Shown in pieces: positions 22,778 through 32,000 of a stretch of 32,000 nt of DNA. The notes under the pieces were generated by a model that saw only the letters and a program-made list of their open reading frames with translations, searched no databases and was not told the DNA's origin. Both the position numbers and the translations under genes were made by a program. This DNA comes from Candidatus Woesearchaeota archaeon (lineage in GTDB: Archaea; Nanobdellota; Nanobdellia; Pacearchaeales; GW2011-AR1), in NCBI GenBank assembly GCA_964578845.1, contig CAZOEF010000002.1:220696-252695 (forward strand), written 5' to 3'. The first letter of the stretch is position 1, and each line of letters starts with the position of its first letter.

Positions 22778-24550
22778 ATGATAACTAGAGAAGATTTAGC
22801 AAAAAAATATACTGAGTTCTATAAGTCTAATAACCATAAGGAAATACCTTCAGCTTCGCTTATTCCGGAAAATGATCCTACAGTCCTGTTTACTACAGCT
22901 GGGATGCATCCTTTAGTTCCTTTCTTGACAGGGCAGAAGCATGCTTTAGGAAAAAGGCTAGTCAATGTCCAGAAATGCATACGCACAGGCGATATAGATG
23001 AAGTCGGAGACAAAGTGCACCATACATTCTTTGAGATGTTAGGTAACTGGTCACTCGGAGATTACTGGAAAGAGGATGCTATAAAGTTCTCTTATGAATT
23101 CTTCACTAAAGTATTGAAGCTGAAAAAGGAAAGGTTAGCAGTAAGTTGTTTTGCAGGCGATGAGACTGCTCCGAAAGATGAAGAATCAGCTAAAGTGTGG
23201 GAATCTTTAGGATTCACTAAAGATAGGATTGCTTTCCTTCCAAAAAAAGATAACTGGTGGGGTCCTGCTGGAAATACTGGTCCTTGTGGTCCTGACACTG
23301 AGATATTCTGCTGGACAGGAAAAGAAAAAGCTCCAGAGAAATTCGATCCTGAAAATAAAAAATGGGTTGAGATAGGAAACAATGTATTGATGCAGTACAA
23401 CAAAGTTTCTGATACTGAATACCTTGAATTAAAACAGAAAAATGTTGACTTCGGAGGCGGACTAGAAAGAACTTTAGCGATATTGAACAAAGTAGATGAC
23501 AATTATTTGACTCCTATATTCCTGCCAATAATAAAGGAGATAGAAAAGATATCTAAGAAAAATTATTCATCTAATGAAAAAGCGATGAGGGTTATTGCTG
23601 ACCATATCAAGGCAGCAACTTTCATCTTAGGGGATGAAAAATCGTTAAAACCAAGCAATACTGAACATGGATACGTCCTTAGGAGATTGATAAGAAGAGC
23701 GATCAGGTATGGAAAGCTCTTAGGTATTAAAAATAACTTCACAGCCAAAATAGCTATTTCAGTAATTGAATTATATGAAAAAGCATATCCTGAGTTAAAG
23801 AGAAACAAGAATTTTATATTGACAGAATTAGACGAAGAAGAGAACAAGTTCAATAACACTCTTGAAAAAGGATTGAGGCAATTCGACAAATTAACCTCCG
23901 ATAAAGTATTGTCAGGAAAAGATGCATTCTTATTATTCCAGTCTTACGGCTTCCCTATAGAGATGACAATAGAAATGGCAAATGAGAAAAAAATAAAAGT
24001 AGACACAAAAGCTTACGAAAAAGAATACAAAAAACACCAGGAGCTTTCAAGGACTGCTTCAGCTGGAATGTTCAAATCAGGTTTAGCAGATAATTCAGAG
24101 CAGACAACCAGATTGCATACTGCAACTCATTTATTGAATGAGGCATTAAGAAGAGTTTTAGGCGATGAAGTAAAACAAAAAGGCTCTAATATAACTCCTG
24201 AAAGATTAAGGTTTGACTTTAATTTCTCTAGAAAGCTTACAGAAGAAGAAAAGCAGAAAGTGGAAGATTTAGTGAATGAGAAGATAGATGCTAGCCTTAA
24301 AGTAGAGCGTTCAGAGATGAAATTAAAAGACGCTTTCAAGGCAGGAGCTCAGTCAGAGTTCGGCCATAAATATCCTGAAGTAGTCTCTGTCTATACTATA
24401 GAAGATCCCTCAGAAGATAAAGGCTGGTTTAGCAAGGAGATCTGCACAGGCCCCCACGTAAAGAACACTAAAGAGATTGGTAAATTTAAGATTGCTAAAG
24501 AAGAATCTTCCTCAGCTGGTGTAAGAAGGATAAAAGCTGTTATAAACTAA
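22778..24550 (+). CDS. alaS: alanine--tRNA ligase, short form lacking the C-Ala domain
   Basis: It has ENDPTVLFTTAGMHP and FEMLGNWSLGDYW (class II core), plus the editing-domain zinc motifs HTATHLL and CTGPHV. The protein ends about 35 aa after CTGPHV, at 590 aa. Confidence 0.9.
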   Translation: MITREDLAKKYTEFYKSNNHKEIPSASLIPENDPTVLFTTAGMHPLVPFLTGQKHALGKRLVNVQKCIRTGDIDEVGDKVHHTFFEMLGNWSLGDYWKEDAIKFSYEFFTKVLKLKKERLAVSCFAGDETAPKDEESAKVWESLGFTKDRIAFLPKKDNWWGPAGNTGPCGPDTEIFCWTGKEKAPEKFDPENKKWVEIGNNVLMQYNKVSDTEYLELKQKNVDFGGGLERTLAILNKVDDNYLTPIFLPIIKEIEKISKKNYSSNEKAMRVIADHIKAATFILGDEKSLKPSNTEHGYVLRRLIRRAIRYGKLLGIKNNFTAKIAISVIELYEKAYPELKRNKNFILTELDEEENKFNNTLEKGLRQFDKLTSDKVLSGKDAFLLFQSYGFPIEMTIEMANEKKIKVDTKAYEKEYKKHQELSRTASAGMFKSGLADNSEQTTRLHTATHLLNEALRRVLGDEVKQKGSNITPERLRFDFNFSRKLTEEEKQKVEDLVNEKIDASLKVERSEMKLKDAFKAGAQSEFGHKYPEVVSVYTIEDPSEDKGWFSKEICTGPHVKNTKEIGKFKIAKEESSSAGVRRIKAVIN

Positions 24551-25668
24551 ATAGGCATATTACCAACTTCTTCGGATTCTAGTTCTTCTAAAGAAGGTAA
24601 TTCTGATTCATCAAGCCTTTCAACTATTTCGTGAGCAGTTTCCTCATCTGACTTTATGATTAAAGGCTCGTATCCTGGAGCCCATCTGCTAAGCCTTCTT
24701 AAAAGTTCTATTTGGCTTTTTGTCAGATCTAAGTACCAATTAGGCTTAGTAACGTTTCCATCAAAGATCATTTCTCCATTCAAGTTATGAATTTTCTCAA
24801 GTAATCCTCTGGCCTTCTCTCTTTCCCTTGATATTTCCTCAATTACAGGTATTCTTTCCTCTACAGTAGATCTTACTTGCCGGTCAAACAAATCGACATC
24901 CTCAGGGTTGGCTAATACATACATTTTGGTGCCGTTAGGTCCGGGAATAAGAATTCTTTCAAGCGTATCAAATCCGGGATAATTGTCTCTCAATAATCTT
25001 ATTCTTTCTCTTCCAAATTCTGTAGCAACCTCATCATTATTCTGATGGATTGCTAAAACATCTCTCGCATAAAAATTCTGCCAATCTTGCTTGCCTTTAT
25101 TTTCTTTATAATGTGAATGCTGTTCTTCAATATCTTTTTTCATTTGTTCAAAAAGGAAAGATTTGACATCATCTATTGGTGTTGCATCCCTGAGATGTCG
25201 CGCAATGGCAAAAGCATAGAAAATCATCTCGTGGGGGACAAACATCTGATCCTGCCAGTCTATTTGTATGGATGAATTAGGTTTTCCTACATCTCCTGAT
25301 TTGACTGAACCATCTCTTGAGATTATATCATAATAGTAAGCAACATTACCCCTGGGCAGAACGGTATTCTTTCCTAAGTGGCCGAAAAAATCTATTTCTT
25401 CTACAGGGCAGTCTTCTCCAAATAGGTTGATATAATCCTGTTCGGTCCTGACCCCATAATGTAACTGATAAGAAACTAATGACACCTTCCCGTTTATTCC
25501 TGATTTTACCTCCAAGGATAATTTAGGGTTATATCTTCCGTTTATGGAAACTAAATCGGGTCTTCTATGTCCCTGAGGGTGCTTCATCATCCAAAAGAGT
25601 CTTGCAACGTAATCTTCTGCATCAGTTCCGAAAATACCAGTTTTATGTTTGTAACCTCTCTTGGGCAT
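24547..25668 (-). CDS. PD-(D/E)XK nuclease-like N-domain protein with a large uncharacterised C-terminal region
   Basis: The N-terminus GTDAE(18)DYVARLF...RRPD(38)LVS...LSLE(53)VK(55)SG fits E...PD...ExK. About 300 aa follow without a recognisable motif, and the tail is acidic. It overlaps the alaS stop codon convergently by 4 bp. Confidence 0.45.
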   Translation of the reverse strand: MPKRGYKHKTGIFGTDAEDYVARLFWMMKHPQGHRRPDLVSINGRYNPKLSLEVKSGINGKVSLVSYQLHYGVRTEQDYINLFGEDCPVEEIDFFGHLGKNTVLPRGNVAYYYDIISRDGSVKSGDVGKPNSSIQIDWQDQMFVPHEMIFYAFAIARHLRDATPIDDVKSFLFEQMKKDIEEQHSHYKENKGKQDWQNFYARDVLAIHQNNDEVATEFGRERIRLLRDNYPGFDTLERILIPGPNGTKMYVLANPEDVDLFDRQVRSTVEERIPVIEEISREREKARGLLEKIHNLNGEMIFDGNVTKPNWYLDLTKSQIELLRRLSRWAPGYEPLIIKSDEETAHEIVERLDESELPSLEELESEEVGNMPI

Positions 25669-25772
25669 AACAGCCTAGAAAGTTCAGCCTTAAAAAACAT
25701 TACTGCCCTGGAATATACTATCTAAAAATCCTCGAGATTTGAAGGATAAAAGCTATTCTAGTAAATTAACTT

Positions 25773-26036
25773 CTATCCATAAACATCGCTGAACAAACCG
25801 TGTGAGTATAAAAAATCAACTCTTGAACAACCCCTCGTCCTGGCCCCTTCATTAATTTTATCAAGTAAATCAGGAGGGAAATCTTCTCTTCTTAAAATAC
25901 CCTCAACAAAACCTTTTGGCCCTCCATAATAATGTCTTGGAACAGCTGTTTCCAATTGGAAGTTTCCTATGAAAGGGTGAAAATATTCCAAAATCCTTGT
26001 TAATAATGGTCTTGGAAGTTCTCTGTCGTTATCCAT
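25773..26036 (-). CDS. hypothetical protein
   Basis: 87-aa ORF with an ATG start, lying between uppP and the nuclease-like gene on the same strand. No motif recognised. Confidence 0.35.
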   Translation of the reverse strand: MDNDRELPRPLLTRILEYFHPFIGNFQLETAVPRHYYGGPKGFVEGILRREDFPPDLLDKINEGARTRGCSRVDFLYSHGLFSDVYG

Positions 26037-26070
26037 TTGTCTTCACAAATAAAAAAATATTTTATAAAAC

Positions 26071-26856
26071 TTACGCTAATATCCAGATTAAGACAGATAT
26101 CGAAAGGATAATGCAATAAGCTGCGAACCATCTTAAGTTCTTCTTTGTTACTAATACATACTTGAAAATAATATGTATGCTCAATAATCCGACTATGAAT
26201 GATACAAAGCTTGCCCATATTAATTCAGCAGGCAATGTTTGGTTTCCAAAACTCACAAGGTTTGCTCCAAATATTACTGGTATGGCCATTAAAAAGGAGA
26301 ACTTCATGGCATTCTTCTCATTTAACCCCAGCAATAATCCTGAGGATATTGTTGCTCCTGAGCGGGATATTCCAGGCGCTATTGCTACTGCTTGTGCTAT
26401 TCCTACTAAGAATGATTTTCCATAAGGCATTGACTTAAAGTCATCAATCTTATGCCTAAAATCAAGGCTTGCGATGAATAATAATAATCCTGTTATTCCA
26501 AATCCTAATCCAACAAGAGTCAGATTGCTCAGTACTGAATCAAAATATTTTACGACAAAAAAACCTACAGCTCCGGCAGGTATTGATGCAATTATCAATA
26601 ATACTCCAAGCCTTCCATTCTCACTATCCCATTTTAATAAGACAAAATCCCTGATTATGTCAGTTATCTCTTTTCCAAAATACACAAACACTGCCATTAA
26701 TGTTCCAAAATGCAAGGCTACCTCAAAAGCCAAGCCTCCATTGTCATATCTAAGAATATGCTCAAACAGAACCAGATGGCCTGAACTTGAGATCGGCAGC
26801 CATTCAGTTATCCCTTGTATAATTGCTAAAATCAATGCTGTAATCCATTCAGACAT
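26071..26856 (-). CDS. uppP: undecaprenyl-diphosphatase
   Basis: ILAIIQGITEWLPISSSGHLVL and PGISRSGATI are the hallmark BacA/UppP motifs. Confidence 0.9.
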   Translation of the reverse strand: MSEWITALILAIIQGITEWLPISSSGHLVLFEHILRYDNGGLAFEVALHFGTLMAVFVYFGKEITDIIRDFVLLKWDSENGRLGVLLIIASIPAGAVGFFVVKYFDSVLSNLTLVGLGFGITGLLLFIASLDFRHKIDDFKSMPYGKSFLVGIAQAVAIAPGISRSGATISSGLLLGLNEKNAMKFSFLMAIPVIFGANLVSFGNQTLPAELIWASFVSFIVGLLSIHIIFKYVLVTKKNLRWFAAYCIILSISVLIWILA

Positions 26857-26886
26857 AAGAACTCTTTAAGAGATTAGTTAATAAAC

Positions 26887-28284
26887 TTATTTCTTTGTAA
26901 TTTTTTTCTTGGATTTCTTGCCCTTAGCTGTTGTTTTGCTTAAGATTCTCTTTCTTGTAATACCTACAACAAAATAAGCCCCTACAATAAGTGCGAAGAA
27001 GATCAATATCCCTAGTCCAGTTGGCCTGCCATTAGGGCCTATTACTGCCCCTGTTATCCTGGCTAAAGCGCCTGGTTGTTCAACTGTCTCATTTAAAACC
27101 AAAGGAGTCTCACATTCCTGTACTAATGCAGGCCTGTTAAATGTAGTGCTACAAGAATATTTCTGGGTGCATTCCCTTACCTGTAGTCCGTCAGTGCAAG
27201 CGCTCCATTCTTCGCAAGTCCATATCTCTGAGCATCCCCTACTAGGTCTGTCTTCATCTTCTTCTTCATCTTCAGAAGATACTGAGTTTATTGGTGTATT
27301 TTGGGGAGGATTTTCAACCTGTATTGGATATTCAACCTTTGCTAAATTATTCAAGGCATCTTTTGCAGTGCATTCCAGAATATACCTTCCGTCTTCAGAG
27401 AACCCTGATCCCCCAAAAGTGAAAGTGCCATTTACTTCGAAAGGATTTTGCTCAGTACAATTGCCGTTATCACATGCAACTTTCCATTTGCACATAACTT
27501 CAACATTCCCAACAGCATTAGGCCCAGGATCATCTCCGCTAACAATCAATTCAGCATCACTAGTTATATGATAGCTGCCATTAGTATCAATAGAATTATT
27601 AGTGATCGGAACACCAAAAATAATTATAGGTGCCTGGGAATCGACAATATGTATTTGCCTATCTGGATCAGATCTTACTCCCTCATTATTTCCTGCACCA
27701 TCAGAACAATGGTACTCGACAATATGTTTTCCGTCTTCAGGATAGCTGAAATCCATAAACCAGCTGGAGGATGTCCCGAAACCACGCATCCATATTAGGT
27801 CATTGATGTCAGTTGAGCCTTCAGGAAAAACCCTATAGGATAAATCAACATTGCCTGATTCATCATCACTGCACATTATCCTGATTTCAGTATCCTGGTT
27901 TACATAATAATCACACTCATCTGCTGAGCATTCAACATAATCTCCTGTAAAAGAAATATTGATTTCAGGGGATGTTTCATCCAGCATGCATTGGGAATAG
28001 TCTATTTCACATTCATCAGTGCATCCTATGTCCCCGAAATTATAATCACTGTCATCTGAGCAAGATAGTCCTGTTAAATTCCCCATATCTATCCCGTCAC
28101 ATTGTTCTTCAACAGCATTTACTATTCCGTCCCCGCAATAAGGTTCAGGCAGAGGAACTTCTCCTTCAACATCACTATCAGCAGAATCACTATTACTAGC
28201 ATCAGCAGGCTGAGCTAAAACAAAAGTCAATGAGAAAACTAATACCAGCATCAGCAACATCACCCTGTTCAGCTTAGTCAACAT
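26887..28284 (-). CDS. secreted acidic Cys-rich surface protein with a C-terminal TM anchor
   Basis: It has a signal peptide (MLLMLVLVFSLTFVLAQPA), a YCGDGIVNAVEEQCDG cysteine-rich repeat motif and an acidic linker. A TSP1-like segment (WTCEEWSACTDGLQVRECT) follows, then a TM helix and a Lys-rich tail. Confidence 0.6.
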   Translation of the reverse strand: MLTKLNRVMLLMLVLVFSLTFVLAQPADASNSDSADSDVEGEVPLPEPYCGDGIVNAVEEQCDGIDMGNLTGLSCSDDSDYNFGDIGCTDECEIDYSQCMLDETSPEINISFTGDYVECSADECDYYVNQDTEIRIMCSDDESGNVDLSYRVFPEGSTDINDLIWMRGFGTSSSWFMDFSYPEDGKHIVEYHCSDGAGNNEGVRSDPDRQIHIVDSQAPIIIFGVPITNNSIDTNGSYHITSDAELIVSGDDPGPNAVGNVEVMCKWKVACDNGNCTEQNPFEVNGTFTFGGSGFSEDGRYILECTAKDALNNLAKVEYPIQVENPPQNTPINSVSSEDEEEDEDRPSRGCSEIWTCEEWSACTDGLQVRECTQKYSCSTTFNRPALVQECETPLVLNETVEQPGALARITGAVIGPNGRPTGLGILIFFALIVGAYFVVGITRKRILSKTTAKGKKSKKKITKK

Positions 28285-28316
28285 ATAAAATCGAGAAAAA
28301 ATCAGTATTTAAACAT

Positions 28317-31310
28317 TTACTCTATGTAAATTCCAGGCCTTCCCGGCTTGACTTTCTTGCTCTTCTCTTCAGGATCATGCTTGTTCTTATCTGAGACAGA
28401 ATAGACTATGACTTCCTTGTTTACTCTATTGCTTAATTTTTCAGAATCATAGAATGATAGCTCCTGAGGCAATACATACAAATAGACTTTCTTCGCCTTA
28501 TTCCCTTTGTCTTCTATTATCTTTACAATATTCAATATATCCTCGACAGTCTTATCCACTTGCTTCGCTAGTGCCTCAAGCTTCTCATTTATCTTCTTCT
28601 CGTCATAACTAGGCCATCTCTCTACTGATAGCAATGTCTTGTTTCCTAATTTGCTCCATAATTCTTCAGCTATATGTGGACATATTGGCGAAAGCAGTTT
28701 AAGGAATATCTCTAAGCTCTTCCTGTCACATCCTTCTTCTAATGTTGTGAATAGCTCTCTTAATTTTATTATCGCTAGATTATATCTGAAATTCTCTAAA
28801 TCATTAGTATAATCCCTTATTGTCCTGTGCAATTTGCTTTCTGCTAATTCTGTTAATTTGCTAGGCTTAAAGCTCTTGAAGAAGTTAATAACTCTTAGGA
28901 CAAATCTTAAGCTTCCTTCCATGCCCTTTGTATCCCAATTGAAGTCGTTATCTGGCGAGGCAACACTGATAAGGAACATTCTCAAGGCATCAGTTCCGTA
29001 TTTGACAATCATATCACTAGGATTTATGACATTCCCATATGACTTGCTCATCTTCCTTCCATCTTCTCCGGAAATAAAGCCTTGATTGAACAATCTCACA
29101 ACCGGCTCATCAACATTAATCAAGCCTAAATCCCTTAAGAACTTAGTATAGAATCTAGAGTATATCATGTGCAGCGTTGCATGCTCTCTTCCACCGACAT
29201 AAATGTCGATAGGCATCCAATAGTTTGCCTTTTTAGGATCAAATATCTGTTTCTCATTATGCGGATCAGTATATCTCAAGAAATACCATGATGAGTTTAC
29301 AAAAGTGTCCATTGTATCAGTCTCCCGTCTCCCGTTTCCATTACATTTCGGACATTTGACTTTGACAAATTTATCATTATTCTTAAGGGGATTCTCGACG
29401 CTGTCAAACTTGATATTATCTGGAAGTTTCACAGGTAAATCTTTCTCTGGAACAGGCACAGCTCCGCAATCATCACAATATATTATAGGTATAGGAGTCC
29501 CCCAGAATCTCTGCCTTGACACTAGCCAATCTCTTAATCTAAATTTCACAGTTTTCCTTCCTTTTCCTTTTTCTTCCAAGGCGATTCTTATATGCTCTTT
29601 GGCTTCATCGCTCATCAAGTCACTGAATCCTTCTGAGTTCACTAGTTTTCCAAATCCGGTATAAGCTTTCTTATCCATATCTACCTCATCTAAAGGCTTG
29701 ACAACCTGCTTGATAGATAAATTATATTTCTTCGCGAATTCAAAATCTCTCTGGTCGTGCGCAGGAACAGCCATCACCATCCCACTTCCATAATCAGCCA
29801 CTACAAAATTACCTGTCCAGATTGGAATATCTTGATTAGTCAATGGATGCTTGGCATAACTTCCTGTAAATACTCCTTCCTTGTCTAGTTTATCCATATC
29901 TTCTTCCTTAGTTGATTTTACTTTTTTCAAAAACGCCTCAACATCTTTCTTCTGTTCAACAGTAACCAAAGACATCAAATCAGGATGCTGAACTGAAACA
30001 GCCAAGAATGTAACTCCGAATAATGTATCAGGACGGGTGGTGAAAACTTTCCAGTTATTCAAGCAATTATGCAATACAACAGGCTCTTTCTTTCCAGTAA
30101 TATGCTCATCTTCCGCTGTGAAATCAATGATTCTCCCGCCAAGCTTCTTAGACATTATTTCTGCCTGCGTTTTTGGAATTTCTGTATCACCCTCATCTCT
30201 AAGTAGGATTATTTCTTTGGCATTATTTTTTATCTTGTTAAAATCAAATTTCCAGTCAAATGCCTCGGAATAGGGTTTGTTCTCTACAACCTCTACAAAA
30301 CCTGCAGCCAAAATCAGCTTCTTTATTGGTTTGTCCAAACTTTCAACAACTTTCAATGCGACTGCACCCCCTAAACTATGTCCTAATAAAACAGTATCTT
30401 CATTGAATTCACAATTATCTAAAACATATTTAACCTGATCGACTACTTTAGGATTATTTGTATTCGGTAGCTCCGGGGCGCTTACTCTATAACCTTTTGA
30501 TTCAAGCTCCTTCTTTAACCACGGATGGAAGTCTTCATTAGGATCAGCTGTATATCCGTGTAACAGGATAAAATTAGTTTCCTTACTCCAAGGAACTTCA
30601 AAATCAATCTCTGTTCCATAGCTCTTGCCTATCCAGTTCTTCTGCAGCTTTCTGATCTGTTCAGGCCATTCTGTCAAGCTATCTAGTTTCTCATATAACT
30701 CATCAGCGTATTCAGTCGTCTTGAAGAACCATTGCTCTAAATGCTTCACTTGGACATCAGTATCTTCGTGTCGCCAGCATTTTCCATTGACTACTTGTTC
30801 ATTCGCTAGTACAGTATTACATAACGGGCACCAGTTCACAGGGGCTTTCTTCCTGTAAGCTAAGCCTTTTTCGAACATCTTGAGAAATATCCATTGATCC
30901 CATTTGTAATAGGAAGGGTCGTGGCTTTCTACTTTTCTAGTCCAATCATAGCTTAAGCCTAAACCTTTCATCTGTTCAATATAGTTCTTAATTGCGTCTT
31001 CAGTGAATTTCTTTGGATGGGATTTTGCTTTAATAGCTGCATTCTCAGCAGGCAATCCAAATGAATCAAAACCCATCGGGTGCAATACATTGAATCCTTG
31101 CATTATCTTGAGTCTTGCCTGTATATCTGCAATAGTATAATTAAAAGCGTGCCCCATATGTAAGCCACTCCCTGACGGATAAGGATACATCTCTAAAACA
31201 TAATACTTCGGCTTCTTGCTTTTCTCATTAACTTCAAAGACCTTTTCCTTAGCCCAGCGATTCTGCCACTTCTTCTCAATCTTAGCAAAATCAATCATAT
31301 CTAATGCCAT
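28317..31310 (-). CDS. leuS: leucine--tRNA ligase, bacterial type, with an inserted alpha/beta serine-hydrolase domain
   Basis: It has YVLEMYPYPSGSGLHMGH (HIGH), KMSKS, and the CP1 editing motif TTRPDTLFG. These are collinear with E. coli LeuRS except for about 178 extra residues (aa ~241-418) between WIGKSYGTEIDFEV and TTRPDT. Confidence 0.95.
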   Translation of the reverse strand: MALDMIDFAKIEKKWQNRWAKEKVFEVNEKSKKPKYYVLEMYPYPSGSGLHMGHAFNYTIADIQARLKIMQGFNVLHPMGFDSFGLPAENAAIKAKSHPKKFTEDAIKNYIEQMKGLGLSYDWTRKVESHDPSYYKWDQWIFLKMFEKGLAYRKKAPVNWCPLCNTVLANEQVVNGKCWRHEDTDVQVKHLEQWFFKTTEYADELYEKLDSLTEWPEQIRKLQKNWIGKSYGTEIDFEVPWSKETNFILLHGYTADPNEDFHPWLKKELESKGYRVSAPELPNTNNPKVVDQVKYVLDNCEFNEDTVLLGHSLGGAVALKVVESLDKPIKKLILAAGFVEVVENKPYSEAFDWKFDFNKIKNNAKEIILLRDEGDTEIPKTQAEIMSKKLGGRIIDFTAEDEHITGKKEPVVLHNCLNNWKVFTTRPDTLFGVTFLAVSVQHPDLMSLVTVEQKKDVEAFLKKVKSTKEEDMDKLDKEGVFTGSYAKHPLTNQDIPIWTGNFVVADYGSGMVMAVPAHDQRDFEFAKKYNLSIKQVVKPLDEVDMDKKAYTGFGKLVNSEGFSDLMSDEAKEHIRIALEEKGKGRKTVKFRLRDWLVSRQRFWGTPIPIIYCDDCGAVPVPEKDLPVKLPDNIKFDSVENPLKNNDKFVKVKCPKCNGNGRRETDTMDTFVNSSWYFLRYTDPHNEKQIFDPKKANYWMPIDIYVGGREHATLHMIYSRFYTKFLRDLGLINVDEPVVRLFNQGFISGEDGRKMSKSYGNVINPSDMIVKYGTDALRMFLISVASPDNDFNWDTKGMEGSLRFVLRVINFFKSFKPSKLTELAESKLHRTIRDYTNDLENFRYNLAIIKLRELFTTLEEGCDRKSLEIFLKLLSPICPHIAEELWSKLGNKTLLSVERWPSYDEKKINEKLEALAKQVDKTVEDILNIVKIIEDKGNKAKKVYLYVLPQELSFYDSEKLSNRVNKEVIVYSVSDKNKHDPEEKSKKVKPGRPGIYIE
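30057..30590 (-). other. YdeN/RBBP9-like serine-hydrolase domain embedded in LeuRS
   Basis: The domain reads NFILLHGYTADPNEDFHPWLKKELESKGY...LLGHSLGGAVAL...ILLRDEGDTEIP...EDEHI. It parallels B. subtilis YdeN (IIHGY...WFPWLKKRL...AHSLG...KDDQIVP...GGHF). The GHSLGG codons are the rc of 30366-30383. Confidence 0.7.
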
Positions 31311-31380
31311 AATTGAGACAAAATAAAGAGGGATTTAAAGTTTTCCAACAATTTAAATATCAATTTTCCTTGATCAAAAT

Positions 31381-31893
31381 ATGATCCAAGCCCAATTTTC
31401 AGGAGATAAGATATACTCTAATTCAACAGACGCTTTTTCATTGTTTGAGAAATCAAGGTTCGGAGAAAAGAAGCTAGGGAAAATAGAATACTCTCTTTCA
31501 GAAGGCCTCTTCCTGCAGGCGGAAAATAAGCTGAAAATCTTCTCAGGAAAAAAAGAATTATCCCTGGAAGAAGCAATAAAAAAAGCAAAGAAAATAGACA
31601 AAAGAATAGAAACAAAATTGCCTGTGTTCTCTAACCTAAGAAGGAAGGGTTACATCCTAAAGACAGCATTAAAATTCGGGGCAGACTTCAGGGTCTATAA
31701 AAAAGGCATAAAGCCCGGCCAGGACCACGCATTATGGGTTTTATTTTGCGTCAAAGAATCAGAATCAAACTCCTGGCACGATTTCTCAGCCAAGAACAGA
31801 GTAGCTCACTCAACAAAGAAAAAATTATTATTAGGAATAGTCGATGACGAGGACGACGTCACATATTACGAAGTCTCATGGGTGAAGCCTTAG
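31381..31893 (+). CDS. endA: tRNA-splicing endonuclease
   Basis: LRRKGYILKTALKFGADFRVYKKG...AHSTKKKLLLGIV fits the catalytic C-terminal domain, with Tyr/His/Lys placement as in archaeal EndA. Confidence 0.85.
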   Translation: MIQAQFSGDKIYSNSTDAFSLFEKSRFGEKKLGKIEYSLSEGLFLQAENKLKIFSGKKELSLEEAIKKAKKIDKRIETKLPVFSNLRRKGYILKTALKFGADFRVYKKGIKPGQDHALWVLFCVKESESNSWHDFSAKNRVAHSTKKKLLLGIVDDEDDVTYYEVSWVKP

Positions 31894-32000
31894 CCCTACC
31901 ACCTTATATAAAGATTGGATTATATGAGTAGTTAATATTCCAAATCCAAAAGCTATCCTGATTGATCTGGTAACTTGCTTTTTATAGCTGTTATTTTTAT

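Noticed and set aside
26000-26869. Several ORFs (26000..26218 on the minus strand; 26162..26425, 26199..26438 and 26474..26869 on the plus strand) overlapping uppP
   Set aside because: uppP has unambiguous BacA/UppP motifs across this span. The overlapping ORFs have no motifs and are shadow frames.
30057-30590. LeuRS insertion as an intein
   Set aside because: There is no Cys/Ser/Thr at the N-junction, no terminal His-Asn plus nucleophile at the C-junction, and no homing-endonuclease blocks. The insert has alpha/beta-hydrolase motifs instead.

Overview
This is an AT-rich, gene-dense archaeal chromosome segment. It carries tbp, TFE-alpha, rpoL, endA, radB, an NreA-like gene and an ATP-dependent DNA ligase, alongside bacterial-type LeuRS/AlaRS and many short or overlapping intergenic junctions. 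That pattern suggests a reduced, DPANN-like archaeon, which is inference only. I found no rRNA, tRNA or CRISPR array by eye.

The strongest signal is a 5.3-kb unit transposon at 6990..12308.
- It has perfect 15-bp terminal inverted repeats flanked by a 9-bp direct target-site duplication, and it sits in the short divergent promoter region between lig and a HEAT-repeat gene.
- Its cargo is an IS4-type DDE transposase (exact Y-2-R-3-E-6-K signature) preceded by a ~125-nt GC-rich structured leader, a ParA-less ParB/Srx-HTH protein with iteron-like repeats upstream, a Dam-class m6A methyltransferase, a C5 methyltransferase and a PD-(D/E)XK endonuclease candidate.
- A TTGTGCAA core motif occurs only at the element ends and in a palindrome between the two methyltransferase genes.

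Other notable observations:
- The bacterial-type LeuRS carries a complete YdeN/RBBP9-like serine-hydrolase domain inserted just before the CP1 editing-domain motif.
- An HPr-like ORF is bracketed exactly by 17-bp direct repeats, next to a doubly frameshifted small membrane gene.
- There is an orphan 373-aa PD-(D/E)XK-like protein.
- A sigma-70 region-4-like protein lies in an archaeal operon.
- TFE-alpha has a ~90-aa lysine-rich tail.
- The tbp divergent promoter contains a palindromic double TATA element.

Several ORF-track starts are TTG/GTG artefacts, and I trimmed them to the first ATG.
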